A stretch of 64,000 nt of DNA. Origin: Octopus vulgaris. Its lineage: Eukaryota. The stretch's first letter is position 1; the number at the start of each line of letters is the position of its first letter. A model generated the notes under the pieces. The model worked only from the letters and a program-made list of their open reading frames with translations, was not told the DNA's origin and ran no database searches. This document shows, piece after piece, positions 1-13,200 of the stretch. Location of the stretch: assembly GCA_951406725.2 (NCBI GenBank), contig OX597837.1:46190001-46254000 (forward strand), written 5' to 3'. The translations under genes and the position numbers were made by a program.

Positions 1-91
1 CCCGTCTTTAAACATTTTCATCAGTTTGTGCACATTGTACTTGTCAATGCCATCATCTTTTATAAACAACTTGTACAATCTTCTACATAGG

Positions 92-471
92 GGTAGGAGT
101 GACTGTGTGGTAAGTAGCTTGCTTACGAACCACATAGTTCCAGGTTCAGTCCCACTGCACAGCACCTTGGGCAAGTGTCTTCTACTATAGCCTCGGGCCA
201 ACTAAAGCCTTGTGAGTGGATTTGGTAGACGGAAACTGAAAGAAGCCCGACGTGTGTGTGTATGTGTGTCTGTGTGTCTGTGTTTGTCCCCCCAACATCG
301 CTTTGAAACCAATGCTGGTGTGTTTACGTCCCCGTAACTTACCAGTTTGGCAAAAGAGACCGATAGAATAAATACTAGGCTTACAAAGAACAAGTCCTGG
401 GGTCAATTTGTTTGACTAAAGGTGGTGCTCCAGCAAAGCCACAGTCAAATGACTGAAACGAGTAAAAGAGA
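92..471 (+). mobile_element. tRNA-derived SINE, family A (full length)
   Basis: A/B-box head (tgtggtaagtagcttgctt...ggttcagtcccact), CORE-like ccttgggcaagt, internal (TG)n, gtaaaagag tail; more than 10 copies in window. Confidence 0.9.
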
Positions 472-591
472 ATCTTCTGTGAACAGCCTGCGATGGCACA
501 ATGCTCCAGCTTGGAACCCAAAATTTATCTGCAATGTAGAAGAACTAGAAGAAGAATCCTTGATATCATCATCATCATCATTATCATCATT

Positions 592-1010
592 GGTACAGGT
601 ATGGCTGTGTGGTAAGAAGTTTGCTTCCCAATTTCATAGTTCCAGGTTCAGTTCCACCATGTGGCATCTTGGGCAAGTATCTTCTACCATAGCCTTGGGC
701 TAACCAAAGCCTTGTAAGTGGATCTGTTTGATGGAATCTGAAAGAAGCCTGTTGTGTGTGTGTGTGTGTGTGTGCATGTGTGCATGTCTTTGTGTATGTG
801 TTTGCCCCCCCCCCCCACTTCTGCTTGACTATTGGAGTTAATGTGCTTACTTCCCCATAACTTAGCAGTTCAGCAAAAGAGAGTGATACCGTAAGGGCCA
901 GGTTTTACTAATAGTAATAAGTACTAGAGTCAATAAGTTCGACCAACATTCCCCAAGGTTGTTTCGCAGCATGACTGCAGTCTAATGACTAAAACAAGTA
1001 AAAGATAAAA
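592..1010 (+). mobile_element. SINE family A, diverged copy
   Basis: Same head, body and tail as 92..471. Confidence 0.85.
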
Positions 1011-1143
1011 AAAAATAGGGCAAGTGGGATTGAACACAGAATCATGTGAGTGCAAAACAAACTCCTTAACCACACACCCATGAGTTCTCATCATTATTAT
1101 TATCATTTATGCTTTTTATTTTATTTTATCATCTATTTTACAG

Positions 1144-1192
1144 CCCCCTCATTAATACCATTGTAAATATTATGAAGGAGTCTTCAAATGAG
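1144..1192 (+). CDS. Coiled-coil gene exon (49 bp)
   Basis: tttacag|...GAG|gtcagt; PLINTIVNIMKESSNE. Confidence 0.7.
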
Positions 1193-1777
1193 GTCAGTGA
1201 CCTTGTGTTTTATATTTTGAGTATGTGTAAGCACTGTGGCCTTTGTCATTGTTCTTGCTGCTGCTGTTGTTGTTGTTGCTGTTGTTGTTGTTGTTGCTGT
1301 TGTTGTTGTTGTCTTTATTATGAAATGAGCTTTTGAATTAAAGTTTCAAGTTATTATTTATTGCATTGCACACAGACAATTCTCATACATTCCATGTTAT
1401 AATTGCTCCCATGCATGCAGGTCAAATAGGCTTTCATTACATTTCGGCTATTCATTACCACCACCACCACCACCACTACCATTGCTATCAGCAGCAGCAG
1501 CAGCAGCAACAGCAACATTTATCATCATCATCATCATCATCATGACCATCAATATCAACAATGAGAGCACCAAAACCACTTCCACCTCTCTCACCACTGC
1601 TGCTACTACTGTCACTGCTGCTACCACCCTTCAACCCCACCACCACCACCACCACTATCATCATCATCAGCAAAACCATCATCATAATCACAACACCAGT
1701 GACCCATCCCCATTAACAACAAGAACAACAACATCCCAGTCCTTATTGTCATTATCACCATCTTCAAGACCATCACC

Positions 1778-1809
<32 letters not shown>

Positions 1810-3636
1810 CAAACCACTACCACCATTACCACCACCAAAAGCACCACTACCACCATCACAACCATCTTCAACATAATCACCACTATGAACCTCTTCTCTT
1901 TCCTTGTCCTACTGGGGTAGCCAAGTATTTCTTCTGTAGTAAGACGGCTGTATTTGTACTTCCAACACCTCACCTAGCACATGGCAGCTTCTCTTGGTTC
2001 CACTCCCTCTCTCAGCTGAGAGGCCTTTCTCTTGCAAGCTATTTGGTGACCCCAGGGGTGCTGATGCCATGTGAAAGCACCCTTGTTGGTGCCACATGAA
2101 AAGCACCCAGTATGCTCTGCAAAGTGGTTGACATTAAGAAGGGCATCCAGCCATAGATAACTATGCCAAAGCAGATAATTAAGCCTGGTGCAGCCCTCTG
2201 GCTTGCCAGCTCCTGTCAAACTGTCCCACCCATGCCAGCATGGAAAATGGACATAAAATGATGGTGATGATGACAATGTGTGTGTCTCTCTCTCTGTGAA
2301 GAGAGGGAAAGTGTTGATGTTAACTTTGTTCAATTAATAAATTATTAGATCTCTCCCCCTCTCTCTTTTTTCTCTCTCTCTCTCCCTCTCTCTTTTCTCT
2401 CTCTCTCCCTCACTCTTTTTTCTCTCTCTCTCCCTCTCTCTTTTTTCTCTCTCTCTCCCTCTCTCTTTTTTCTCTCTCTCCCTCCATCTCTTTTTTCTCT
2501 CTCTCTCATTTCTCTCTCTGCCCCTTTCTCTCACTCTATCTATATGTGTACATTTCTGCATGCATGTGTGCATATGTGTATGTGCACATATATGTCTGCA
2601 TATATGTGTGTGTGTGTGTGTGTTTACCTCCAGTGCCAAAAAGTACCGCATCCAAAACAGGTTGCATGTCCAGTTAGTTGTGCCAAACCATCAGAATCCA
2701 AAACAGCTGCCCCCAATTATATCATTCTGTCCTACAAAGACTAAGTCATGTAAAAAAGTATTTTAAAATCAAGTGTCAGCTTTTATAAGACTCTGCAATA
2801 TTTTGGAGATATTACCATAAAGGTATGCGTAAGCATCGACAGGTTGAATTTTGTAATTGGAAAGCAATGCATTTGTAGTTTTTCTGAATAAAGTATAATG
2901 AATGACACCCCCACCCACCCCAACCACCTCTTGCCATCCAGCATCATACAACACCTGTCTTGGTGCTTGATTCAAACTTTAAATGCCACAAAGTAGTTAA
3001 GATGAAGGATAAAATTCCATGCCCCGATCCATCTCCCACTGCCTGTCTGTTCATTTTTTTACCGTAAAAAGAACATTATCATCATCATCACCACCACCAC
3101 TGTCACCGCTGCCACCACCACCACCATCATTATCATCATCGTTGTCATTGTTGTCACCACCGCCACCATCACCACGACCACCACCACTGTCATCGTCACC
3201 ATCGTCATCATCATTGTCATCGTCACCATCGTCATCATCATCACTGTCATCATCATCACTGTCATCGTCACCATCGTCATCATCATCACTGTCATCATCA
3301 TCATTGTCATCATCATCATTGTCATCATCATCACTGTCATCATCATCATTGTCATCATCATCATTGTCATCATCATCACTGTCATCATCATCACTGTCAT
3401 CATCACCTAATGCTGTATTGTATATGCTGAAGGTTTATGCGGACTTTTGTCTTTTTTTTTCTTTTATTCGGAAAATTATTGTGCTTGGTGGGTTAATAAT
3501 ACATAGTTACAACATGAATTCTATTGTCAAACTGTCAGTTGAGTTAAAATGTCAAACAAAAGGATTTGACTTTTCAGGGTCAACCCAATTCCGTTGATAA
3601 TAACTGTGCTAAGGGTACCCAGTTATTACATTTATA

Positions 3637-3672
<36 letters not shown>

Positions 3673-3806
3673 GCTGCTGCTGTTGTTGTTGTTGTTGTTG
3701 CATTATGTCTTGCTTTATTGTAGCAAAAGTAATTTTTTTTTATGCTTTGCAAAGAGATATGAATAAGTGTGATTGTGTGTGTGAGTGAGTGAGTGTATGT
3801 GTGTGA

Positions 3807-3840
<34 letters not shown>

Positions 3841-4223
3841 CCAAGTGCATGTATGCATGTGTCTATTGTGTGTATGTGTGTGTGTGTGAATGCATGTGTG
3901 TGGGCAAATGTTTTAGCCAGTGTCTTTGTGTTTCATGTATGCTCATGTGAGTTAACACACATTTGTCTGCGTGTATACAAGTACACACATATGCAGACAC
4001 CTATATGAATCAATCCCTCTCTCTCTGTCTCATATATATCATCATCATCATCATCATCGTTTAGCGTCTGCTTTCCATGCTAGCATGGGTTGGACGGGTC
4101 AACTGGGGTCTGTGAAGCTGGAAGGCTTCGTCAGGCCCAGTCAGATCTGGCAGTGTTTCTACGGCTGGATGCCCTTCCTAACGCCAACCACTCCGCGAGT
4201 GTAGTGGGTGTTTTTTACGTGCC

Positions 4224-4271
<48 letters not shown>

Positions 4272-4337
4272 GATATATATATATGTTTCTTTATTAGCCA
4301 TACAGGGCTGCACACAGACAGGACAAAATTACAAGGT

Positions 4338-4384
<47 letters not shown>

Positions 4385-6738
4385 TAATGTACATACATTA
4401 ATATATACATTCGTACAATATATGGGTATGAATTAGAGTAAATCAATGATCAAACTCATGTATTTGTTTCTATTTAAATATGTACATGTGTTCATATACG
4501 AGGGGGTATCCAAGAGAAACTGGAATTTTGCAATATTATTTTATTCACTTATTTTTACACATTTACACTTTTTTTGCCTTCAAAGTATTCTCCATTTGAA
4601 GCAATGCTTTGGTCCAGATGTTTTTTCCCTTGTTCAAAGTAGAGCTGGAGCTTCTGTGAAGTGATGCCTTTCAACACCTCTGTCATTTTTTTCTTCACCT
4701 CTTCCACATCTGCAAATTCCGTAGCACCAGCTTTCGTCACCAGTGATGACCTTTGAAAAAAGGTCCGAATCAACTTCCAACTGTTCTTTCAGTTCACGAC
4801 ACACATTATTCAGTTGTGACTGCTTTTGATCTTCCGTGAGCAAGTGAGGCACAACATTTTGTTGCAACTCTTTTCATTCGCAATTCCTCAATTAAAATTC
4901 ATTGGCAGGAGTTCCAGGACACACCAGTCATATCAACAAGTTCATCATTGTTCAGTAACAGTCTGCTAAAATCAGTTCATGAATTGTCATGATGTTTTCA
5001 TTCGTGAGTGAGGTTGACGGTGCCCTCAGTGAGGCTGGTCTTCAAGATACAAATGACCATTACCAAAGCGTGTTACTAAGAACATTGTCTGCCGAGAGAT
5101 ACTGACTTGAAGGAGTAGATTGGGCGATGTTTCGGTTGTTGTAGCACACGTTTCCGTTGATTTCCTCCGTCGATTGTCGATTTCCGTAAAAAACTTTAAT
5201 TTTTTTACATAAGTAATGAGAGCGAAAGAGACTAAGAGGAAGCGATTTTATGACGAGGAAATTTCTCTTTGAAGTCCCCGTGTGTGTGTTTGATGGGGTG
5301 TGGGAGACAGACAGTATGTTGTGTAAGTGAAGTGCTTCTGTTAGTGTGTGCGAAGAGACAGAGAGAGTAATGTGTGAAAGAGAGAGATAACTGAAATTTT
5401 TTACTCGGTGTATGTGTATATGTATGCATGTATGTGTGTGTGTGTATGTATCTATGTATGTGTGTGTGTGTGTGTAAGTATGTGTGTGTGTATGTGTGTG
5501 TGTATGTATGTATGTATGTATGTATGTATGTATGTATGTATGTATGTATGTATGGCCGATTCAGTGTTTACATTTTTTACGGAAATCGACGGAAACATGT
5601 GCTACGACAACCGAAACATCGCTGTAGATTGTTTTTAGAAATTCTGGAGACCCTTGATTGCATTAGGTATATGTCCTTAGTTTACATACATACAGACACA
5701 CACACACACAACCACACACACACATTAAATGTCTTTCAAAAGAGGTAACTATTTATATGTGGCATGTATTATATTGTATTGTACATATATAGGTTTATTG
5801 TTTTCTGTATTCAAATAGGAGGAAACTGGCATGGCTCTATGTTGGGAGGGGGAGTACCATGGACTGATTTACATTGGCAATCTTTGCACACATGGTGGAC
5901 ACTCCCAAGTATCTCTTTGTGTTGTTTATTTTCCCAGCCTATGGGTATTGTATGTTAAAAAAGGATAGAATTAATAGCTAAACTTTATGTATATGTAAAA
6001 AGAACTGTACAAATATATAGTATTTGCTGCCTAAGTATCTCATTCTATTATATATGTAGAGATTTCAATTACTCCTTTCTTCAATACCTTATTTTAATAC
6101 ATACATCATCATCATTTAATGTCTGTTTTCCATGCTAGCATGGGTTGGACGGTTCGACCGGGGTCTGGGAAGCCAGAAGGCTGCACCAGGCTCTAGTCTG
6201 ATCTGGCAGTGTTTCTACAGCTGGATGCCCTTCCTAACGCTACATATATGTAGAAAAACTTTATTATTTACTCAACATTCTATTAATCGGTTCGTAGGAA
6301 TTCCATGGGTCCTGCAAGTTACTACTACTACTACTACTACTACTACTAAGGCGGCAAACTGGTAGAATCATTTGCATGCAGGGCAAAATGCTTAGCAGTA
6401 TTTCACCCATCACTACATTCTGAGTTTAAATTCCGCCAAGGTCGACTTTGCCTTTCATCCCTTTGGGGTCGATAAATTAAGTACCAGTGAAACACTGGGG
6501 TTGATGTAATTGACTAGTCCCCTCCCACAAAATTTCAGGCCTTGTGTTTTAGTAGAAAGGGTTATAGTTGTTGTTGTTGTTATTTTTTTTTTTTCCTTCT
6601 TTCTTCAAATTTTCTTCCATTTCTCACTGAGTGTATTCCGTACACCTACGGCAGATTATTATTATTATTATTATTATTATCATTATTATTATTATTATTA
6701 TTACTATTACTACTACTACTACTACAACTACTACTACA

Positions 6739-6808
<70 letters not shown>

Positions 6809-7224
6809 TTACTATTACTATTATTATTATTATTATTATTATTATTATCATTATTATTATTGATTTTTTTTAAGACAAAAGAAACTCTACAAGAAATTTT
6901 GGAAAACATAAACAAGTTTTTGAGTAAAAATGAAACTTTAAATCAGTCAAACCTGGAACAACGTAAGTAATTTTATTTACTTTCTCTATTTCGTAGTTAA
7001 TTAATTTTGTGGATGCCAATTATAATCCTATGGAATTAGTTGGTTGCAAACACATTCAGGATATTGTTATATCCTCTGTTTTATCCTATAATCCAGCTAT
7101 CGTTATCTAAATAGCTCCGTTCCCAAGGTGATAATGATAAGTGACTTTCATTGTATGTTGTTGTTGTTCTTCTTCTTCTTCCTCCTCCGCCTCTTTCTTC
7201 TCTTCCTTTTCCTTCCCCTTCTTT

Positions 7225-7260
<36 letters not shown>

Positions 7261-10200
7261 GTTATTATTAATGACCTCAGGTTGCTAGGGATGTGATAGC
7301 CACCAGTGAGTCCTGTGTTTTGAACATGCACCCACACTAGCCTCCATTTTTGAAAACCTTGGGATCTTACACATCTCTGGCTCAACCTAGAATGGGATGT
7401 GGGGTGGCAGTGCTGTCTATGAAAGGTCTGGATCTCAAAATATGGATGATCTTCCTGGACCCAGATGGTAAGTTGGTGGTCCTGAATGTGAGTAGTAATG
7501 AAGGGGGTACTTTTAGACTAGTTGTTGCAAATGCCCCAACTGAAGATAGAAGTAGCATAAGTTGTCCACAATTCAAAGTCATCAGCTATACAGATCACAA
7601 ATATTTTATCTTTACGATTGACCTGGATAGGATCCACAGGCAGGGGCCCAGATACTTGAAACTGAACCCATTTGCAAGTGTGTCAATCATTCAGAAACCA
7701 GGTTAGCAAGTTACTCCATTGGAATTGTTGGGTACAGTTGTCAACAGCAGATGGTGGATAGCCCTGAAAAGAGCTATTAAAATAGAAGAGGTAGAATTTA
7801 GTATAGAAATAACATTAGGAGAATTTAGGATAGAGGGAGATCTAGTTAGGGAGCTAGAAGAGGTACTTACTGGCAGTGAGATTAGCTCTTGATCAATTTT
7901 TCAATACCAAGCATGATGATTGTGTTGTAAGAACTCGAGTGTGTGCATAAAGACACGAGGGAATAAAAGCCGTACCTGGGTGGTAGAGGCAGTACATGGC
8001 AACAAAGCCACAATTTGGTCTTTGACAGGCCACGGTGGGTGCATGCTACTTAAGCAGATGTGTGTGGAATTTCAGCAGCACTTTGCTAAACTGGACAGAG
8101 CATGTGGTGAGTTGAAGATGGGGGTAGATTTCACTTCCTACTTTGTTGGCATACTGCACCTTTTTGGCCAGGAATGTGAAATGGTGCTAAGAGCCAAAGA
8201 CATGGGATGCAATGACTGGCTGCACAAGAGAGAAGGCTCCAGGGCTGGATGGTCTGCTCTTCGAGCTCTATTTTCATATGCCAGACATGTTTGGTGATCT
8301 CTTTCAGATAGATTTTACATAATGTTATAGTTTAACAATCCAGGAAATGCCACCTCTCACTTGCCCACTATTACAGAGTTCCTCATGGGAATTTTGGTAT
8401 GAACAGTTATGGAGAATTTTTTTAGTTTTAAGTCCCTCTCCACTGCTCAGTATATTGGGTGGCAAATACCAATCTTTGTTCTGGCTTTGGCACTCAGAGT
8501 CAGGCTTTCTGAGGCCCTAACGTCCTTAGAGCCTGTCATAAATGGCATTTCTCCACTGCCTTTCTCCTCATGTGAAATATTCTCATCAATTTCTTCTGCT
8601 GACTTTTACAGAATTGGGTTACTGGCCTAATGCCAAACCCCACTGATTCTTCCTCTGGGCTTGGGTCTGGTATTAGCACAGTTACAAAGAATACAGGATA
8701 GAAATTAATTAGAAGCTACATCAGGAATGTGGGTACCCTGATCAACAAATGTTTAGGTTTAATTTTTATATGAATACCCTGTTTTTATTTTTGTGCGTTT
8801 TATCATACTTTTTAATATTCTTATGAAATTTATATATTTTCATCTCTTCTCTCATCTTTGTATAACAACTCTATCATACCACATACATCTTTATAAAACC
8901 CCTGTTTAATGTTTCTATGTAGTTTTCTGTATCTCTTTGAACATTTGTGACTAAAAAAAGGAAAGAATATTGTTATTGGTGCTGCTGCTGCCCCCAACTG
9001 CCCAATAACTTATGAGAGCCAGTAATAAAACCTCCTCTTTACAGCATGATTTTTTCTTTAATAAATAGTTAACCAAGAACTCAAAGAATTCCAGCAGACA
9101 ATGTTACAGACGGTGGAACAAAACAAGGAGAAAAGTAAAGTGAGTTTTTATTTTCTGGTACCTAATAAATTTTATACTCCATGAACCATTTATCTTTTAC
9201 TTGTTTCAACCATTAGACTGCGGCCATGCTGGGGCACCACTTTGAAGGGTTTTTTGTTAAGCCTGGTACTTATTCTATTGGTCTTTCTTGCAGTCTAATG
9301 ACAGAAGCAAGTAAAAGATAAATATGAGGTGGTATCAAAAATTTCCTGGACTAGTTCTGTAGCATACCAACAGATGGCAGCACATGGTTGTGTGCACAGT
9401 GAGAACTAGCAGTGACCCTTATGAGGTAGTATGGTGAATGACATCACTGTAATGTCTTCCGGTCTGTTTTATCTTTCGATTTTATTATATTTTATTATTT
9501 TTGTAAAATTTTTAATGTCAACTTTTTTGTATAATCATTTGCTCATCTGACCCCAAAATCAGGTTGTATTGTCCCCTCTTAGTTGGCCCCTTGTGGGTAA
9601 TAAAAAATCAATATACTCTACTATATAAATGGTCATATTAATAATCAATCAAATATTCTTTTTCATTCATTTACATGAACCATTTTCTTTATAACTGCAA
9701 AGCTTTTCTGTAATAATTGGTAAACTTTGTCATTATAAACATCATTAGAAATCCTATAGCTTTTGTTACTCAACTTTGTTTTATTATCTTATAGAAAAAC
9801 TATGAAATAGAAAAACTGAACCAGGAGTTGAGTTGTATGAAGCATCATGCATCCAGTGAGAAGTTGTTTTGTGACAAAATTTCTGAAGAGTTTTCCGATC
9901 ATCAGGGCTGGTTGAATGATAATTTAAAGAAATTGATTGCAGTTTTGAAACAAGAAACATCAAATAAAAACTCTTTTGCTCTTGAAGTTGATGTTATGAA
10001 ACAACAGAGTAAAGAATTTTCACAGTTAAAAACATTCTTGATCAAAAATTTTAAAGATCTCGAAAAGAAGTAAATAATATTAATTTTTAGATAATTATTC
10101 TTTGATTGTTTGCTATCTTGAATATATTTTTTTCTTCTATTTTCAAAAATATAAAATATGAATTAAAAACATTTGCAGATGATAGTATTGGTGCATGGTT

Positions 10201-13200
10201 ATAAAGCTTGCTCCTCAGTCACCTTGGGCCAAAGTTCAATCTCACTGTGTGGCACCTTGTACAAGTGATTCCACCATGGTCTCATCATCATCATCACCAT
10301 CGTCGTTTAATGTCCGCTTTCCATGCTAGCATGGGTTGGACGATTTTGACTGAGGGCTGGCAAACCAGACGGCCGCACCAGGCTCCAATCTTGATCTGAC
10401 AGAGTTTCTACAGCTGGATGCCTTTCCTAATGCCAACCACTCCAAGAGTGTAGTGGGTGCTTTTTACGTGCCACTGGCACGGGGTCAGTCAGGCGATACT
10501 GGCAATGACCTCGCTCAAATCTTTTTACGCATGCCACCGGCACAGGTGCCGGTCTCATATTAACTAATACCTTGTGAATGGAATTTTGTAGATAGAATCT
10601 CATGACTACATGCATATGTATATATATTCATGCAGAGAATTGACGCATAAACATAAAACAAGCTTATAGAGAAACATCATCGTCATTTAACACCATGCCT
10701 GCATAGGTCAGACTGTCTGACAGGGTCCATCAAACCACAGAGCTAAATCAGACCCCAATGTCAACTTTGGCATGATTTCTATAGCTGGATGCTCTTCCTG
10801 ATGCCAAACACTTTTATATGGTGCCAGCACTGGTGAGGTCACCAATTAACATGCAAAACAAAGTAAAACAAGGAAAAGGAAAGAGCAATAACCAGCAAGA
10901 AAACAAATGAAGGTTGTCATCATGCATTGTATAACCTAAGGGCTGTCTTTTGTGTCCTTTCCATATTGCATCAGAGTCTTCTGGAATTTTTGCCCCCCCC
11001 TCTCCTTTTTCATCACGGGGGATATCTACCAATAAATGTTTGAACTGTACTTCACCCACATTAATCAGAAAGTGACTGAAAATGTGGGCACTACTCACAT
11101 CCTTTGCTAATTAATTGATGACAATGATGATGATTTCTTTTATTATATTTCATTTCAATTTTTTTGACAAAAATTAATATAGTTCTATATTTAAGAGATG
11201 AGAAATTATTTACATTATTTACATTAGACGGATACGTGTCCTCATCTTGTTTGTTGTTAACACAACATTTCGGCTGATATACCTTAGGAATGAGAACCCA
11301 AGTTACATATACAATGGGCTTTTAGTTTCCATCTACCAAATCCTCTGAGGCTGTACTAGAAGACACTTGCCCAAGCTGCCACACAGTGAGACTGAACCTG
11401 GAACCATGTGGTTGGGAAGATAAGATGTGAAATATCAATCTTCCTTTGGTCTCATTTTATTAGAGATGCATTGATTGATTATCACTTAAATAAATGCCAA
11501 GCTGGCAGAATTGTTAGCATGTTGGAGAAAATGCTTAATGGCATTTCTTTTGGTTCCTCTACATTGAGTTCAACTTCCATCAAGATCAACTTTGCCTTTC
11601 ATCATTTTGGGGGTCAATAAAATAAGTACTAGTTGAGCACTGAGGGTGACATAATCAACTCATGCTCCATCCCTAAAATTGCTGGCCTTGTGCCAACATT
11701 TGAAACCATTCATTAGAATGAAGCTCAACCGTAACCGTTTCTATTTACGTGTTTCTTTTCTGAGTATTTCTTTTCTTGTATTCTTTCATTGACCCAAACC
11801 TTGATTGTTTTAGTGTGCTTTGTCTAAACTCTTTCATCACAAATCCCATGAGATCTTCAGTAATTCTCTAATAATAATAAATAACCTTAATTGTTTTGCT
11901 TTCTTTATCCTTTTTTTTTTATTTAGAATATTATCTTCAACAGATGATGTGCTAGATCATTCTGCTAACACATTGTTAAACTTCAGCAAAAGTATCTCCT
12001 TAAGGTTTGAGCAAATACTGAAGAACTGTTCTAAAATCTTTGAGGACAGTATAGAAAAACAGTTTGAAAGTAACCAGCATTACCAAGAGGAAAATATTGA
12101 AAGACTTGTCTGTCAGAACATAAAGAATAGTTACCAAGATTTGCAAGAAAAAATCAATAACATGTGTGAAATACAAACTGTCTCATTTCAAAAAATATCA
12201 AATGAACTTTATCGCATAAAACAGAAAATGGATATTCTATCTCAAAACATGACCAGTGAAAATCAGAAATTCCTTTCTGTAGTACCCTGTGAAAGAGACT
12301 TCAATATCAAGCCTTATAATGCTGTTAACAAGGAGCATATTGACAATGATAATAGATTTTTTGATATGCAAAGCAACAATGTAAATAGTAATAATTCTTT
12401 GAATGTGGTTCCTTATAATCCCGGTCAGTTAAGAAGGTCTCAAAGGATCATGTCTAACAACTATAATACACAAGCTCATCAAATACAAAAGACATCAAAT
12501 CTTCCGCAAATGGTTGACTTGAAAAATTCTCAGTTAGAAACGGCTAAAAAATTGCAAAAATGTTCGGAACCAAATTTGAAGAAGAATTTCCAAACCTTTC
12601 AAACTTCAAATACTTCATATCTGAACCATGTTTGGCAGTTTGGCAAACAGTCAAAAGTCATTAATAGAATGCCTAACGAAGAAGACGAAGATGAATATTT
12701 TACCACTCCAGAATACAACTTTAAGAACAGGATGTAAGTAAATACTTAACCATAATCATAAATTAATGCTTTATCTTATTGGGTGGGTGGGTGGGGCAAT
12801 AAAATAAAATTCTAGATAAGCTGCGTGGCATCTTGGGCAAGTGTCTTCTGCTATAGCTCCAGGCTGACCAATGCCTTGTGAGTGGATTTGGTAGACGGAA
12901 ACTGAAAGAAGCCTGTCATATATATGTATATATATGTATGTGTGTGTATGTTTGTGTGTCTGTGTTTGTCCCCCTAGCATTGCTTGACAACCGATGCTGG
13001 TGTATTTACGTCCCCGTCACTTAGCGGTTCAGCAAAAGAGACCGATAGAAAAAGTACTGGGCTTACAAAGAATAAGTCCCGGGGTCGATTTGCTCGACTA
13101 AAGGCGGTGCTCCAGCATGGCCACAGTCAAATGACTGAAACAAGTAAAAGAGTAAGTACTGGGATCACTTTAGTAAACTGAGTTCAAATCCTACCAAGGT

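Noticed and set aside
92-160. tRNA-like sequences at SINE heads (also 17717, 38840-38905, 58500)
   Set aside because: A/B boxes are present but there is no closed cloverleaf, and they are fused to SINE bodies.
1482-3788. Long poly-His/Thr/Ser/Met ORFs (e.g. 1482..2099, 3019..3597)
   Set aside because: Trinucleotide microsatellites lacking stops; intronic, with no splice-phase support.
5819-5908. Open 90-nt phase 0-0 segment after an AG that could be a cassette exon of the coiled-coil gene
   Set aside because: Weak donor (CAA|gtatct), composition unlike the flanking coiled coil, and not needed for frame.
9187-9323. Short inverted repeat downstream of exon 9069..9139
   Set aside because: Two SINE family A tail fragments in opposite orientation; short and diverged.
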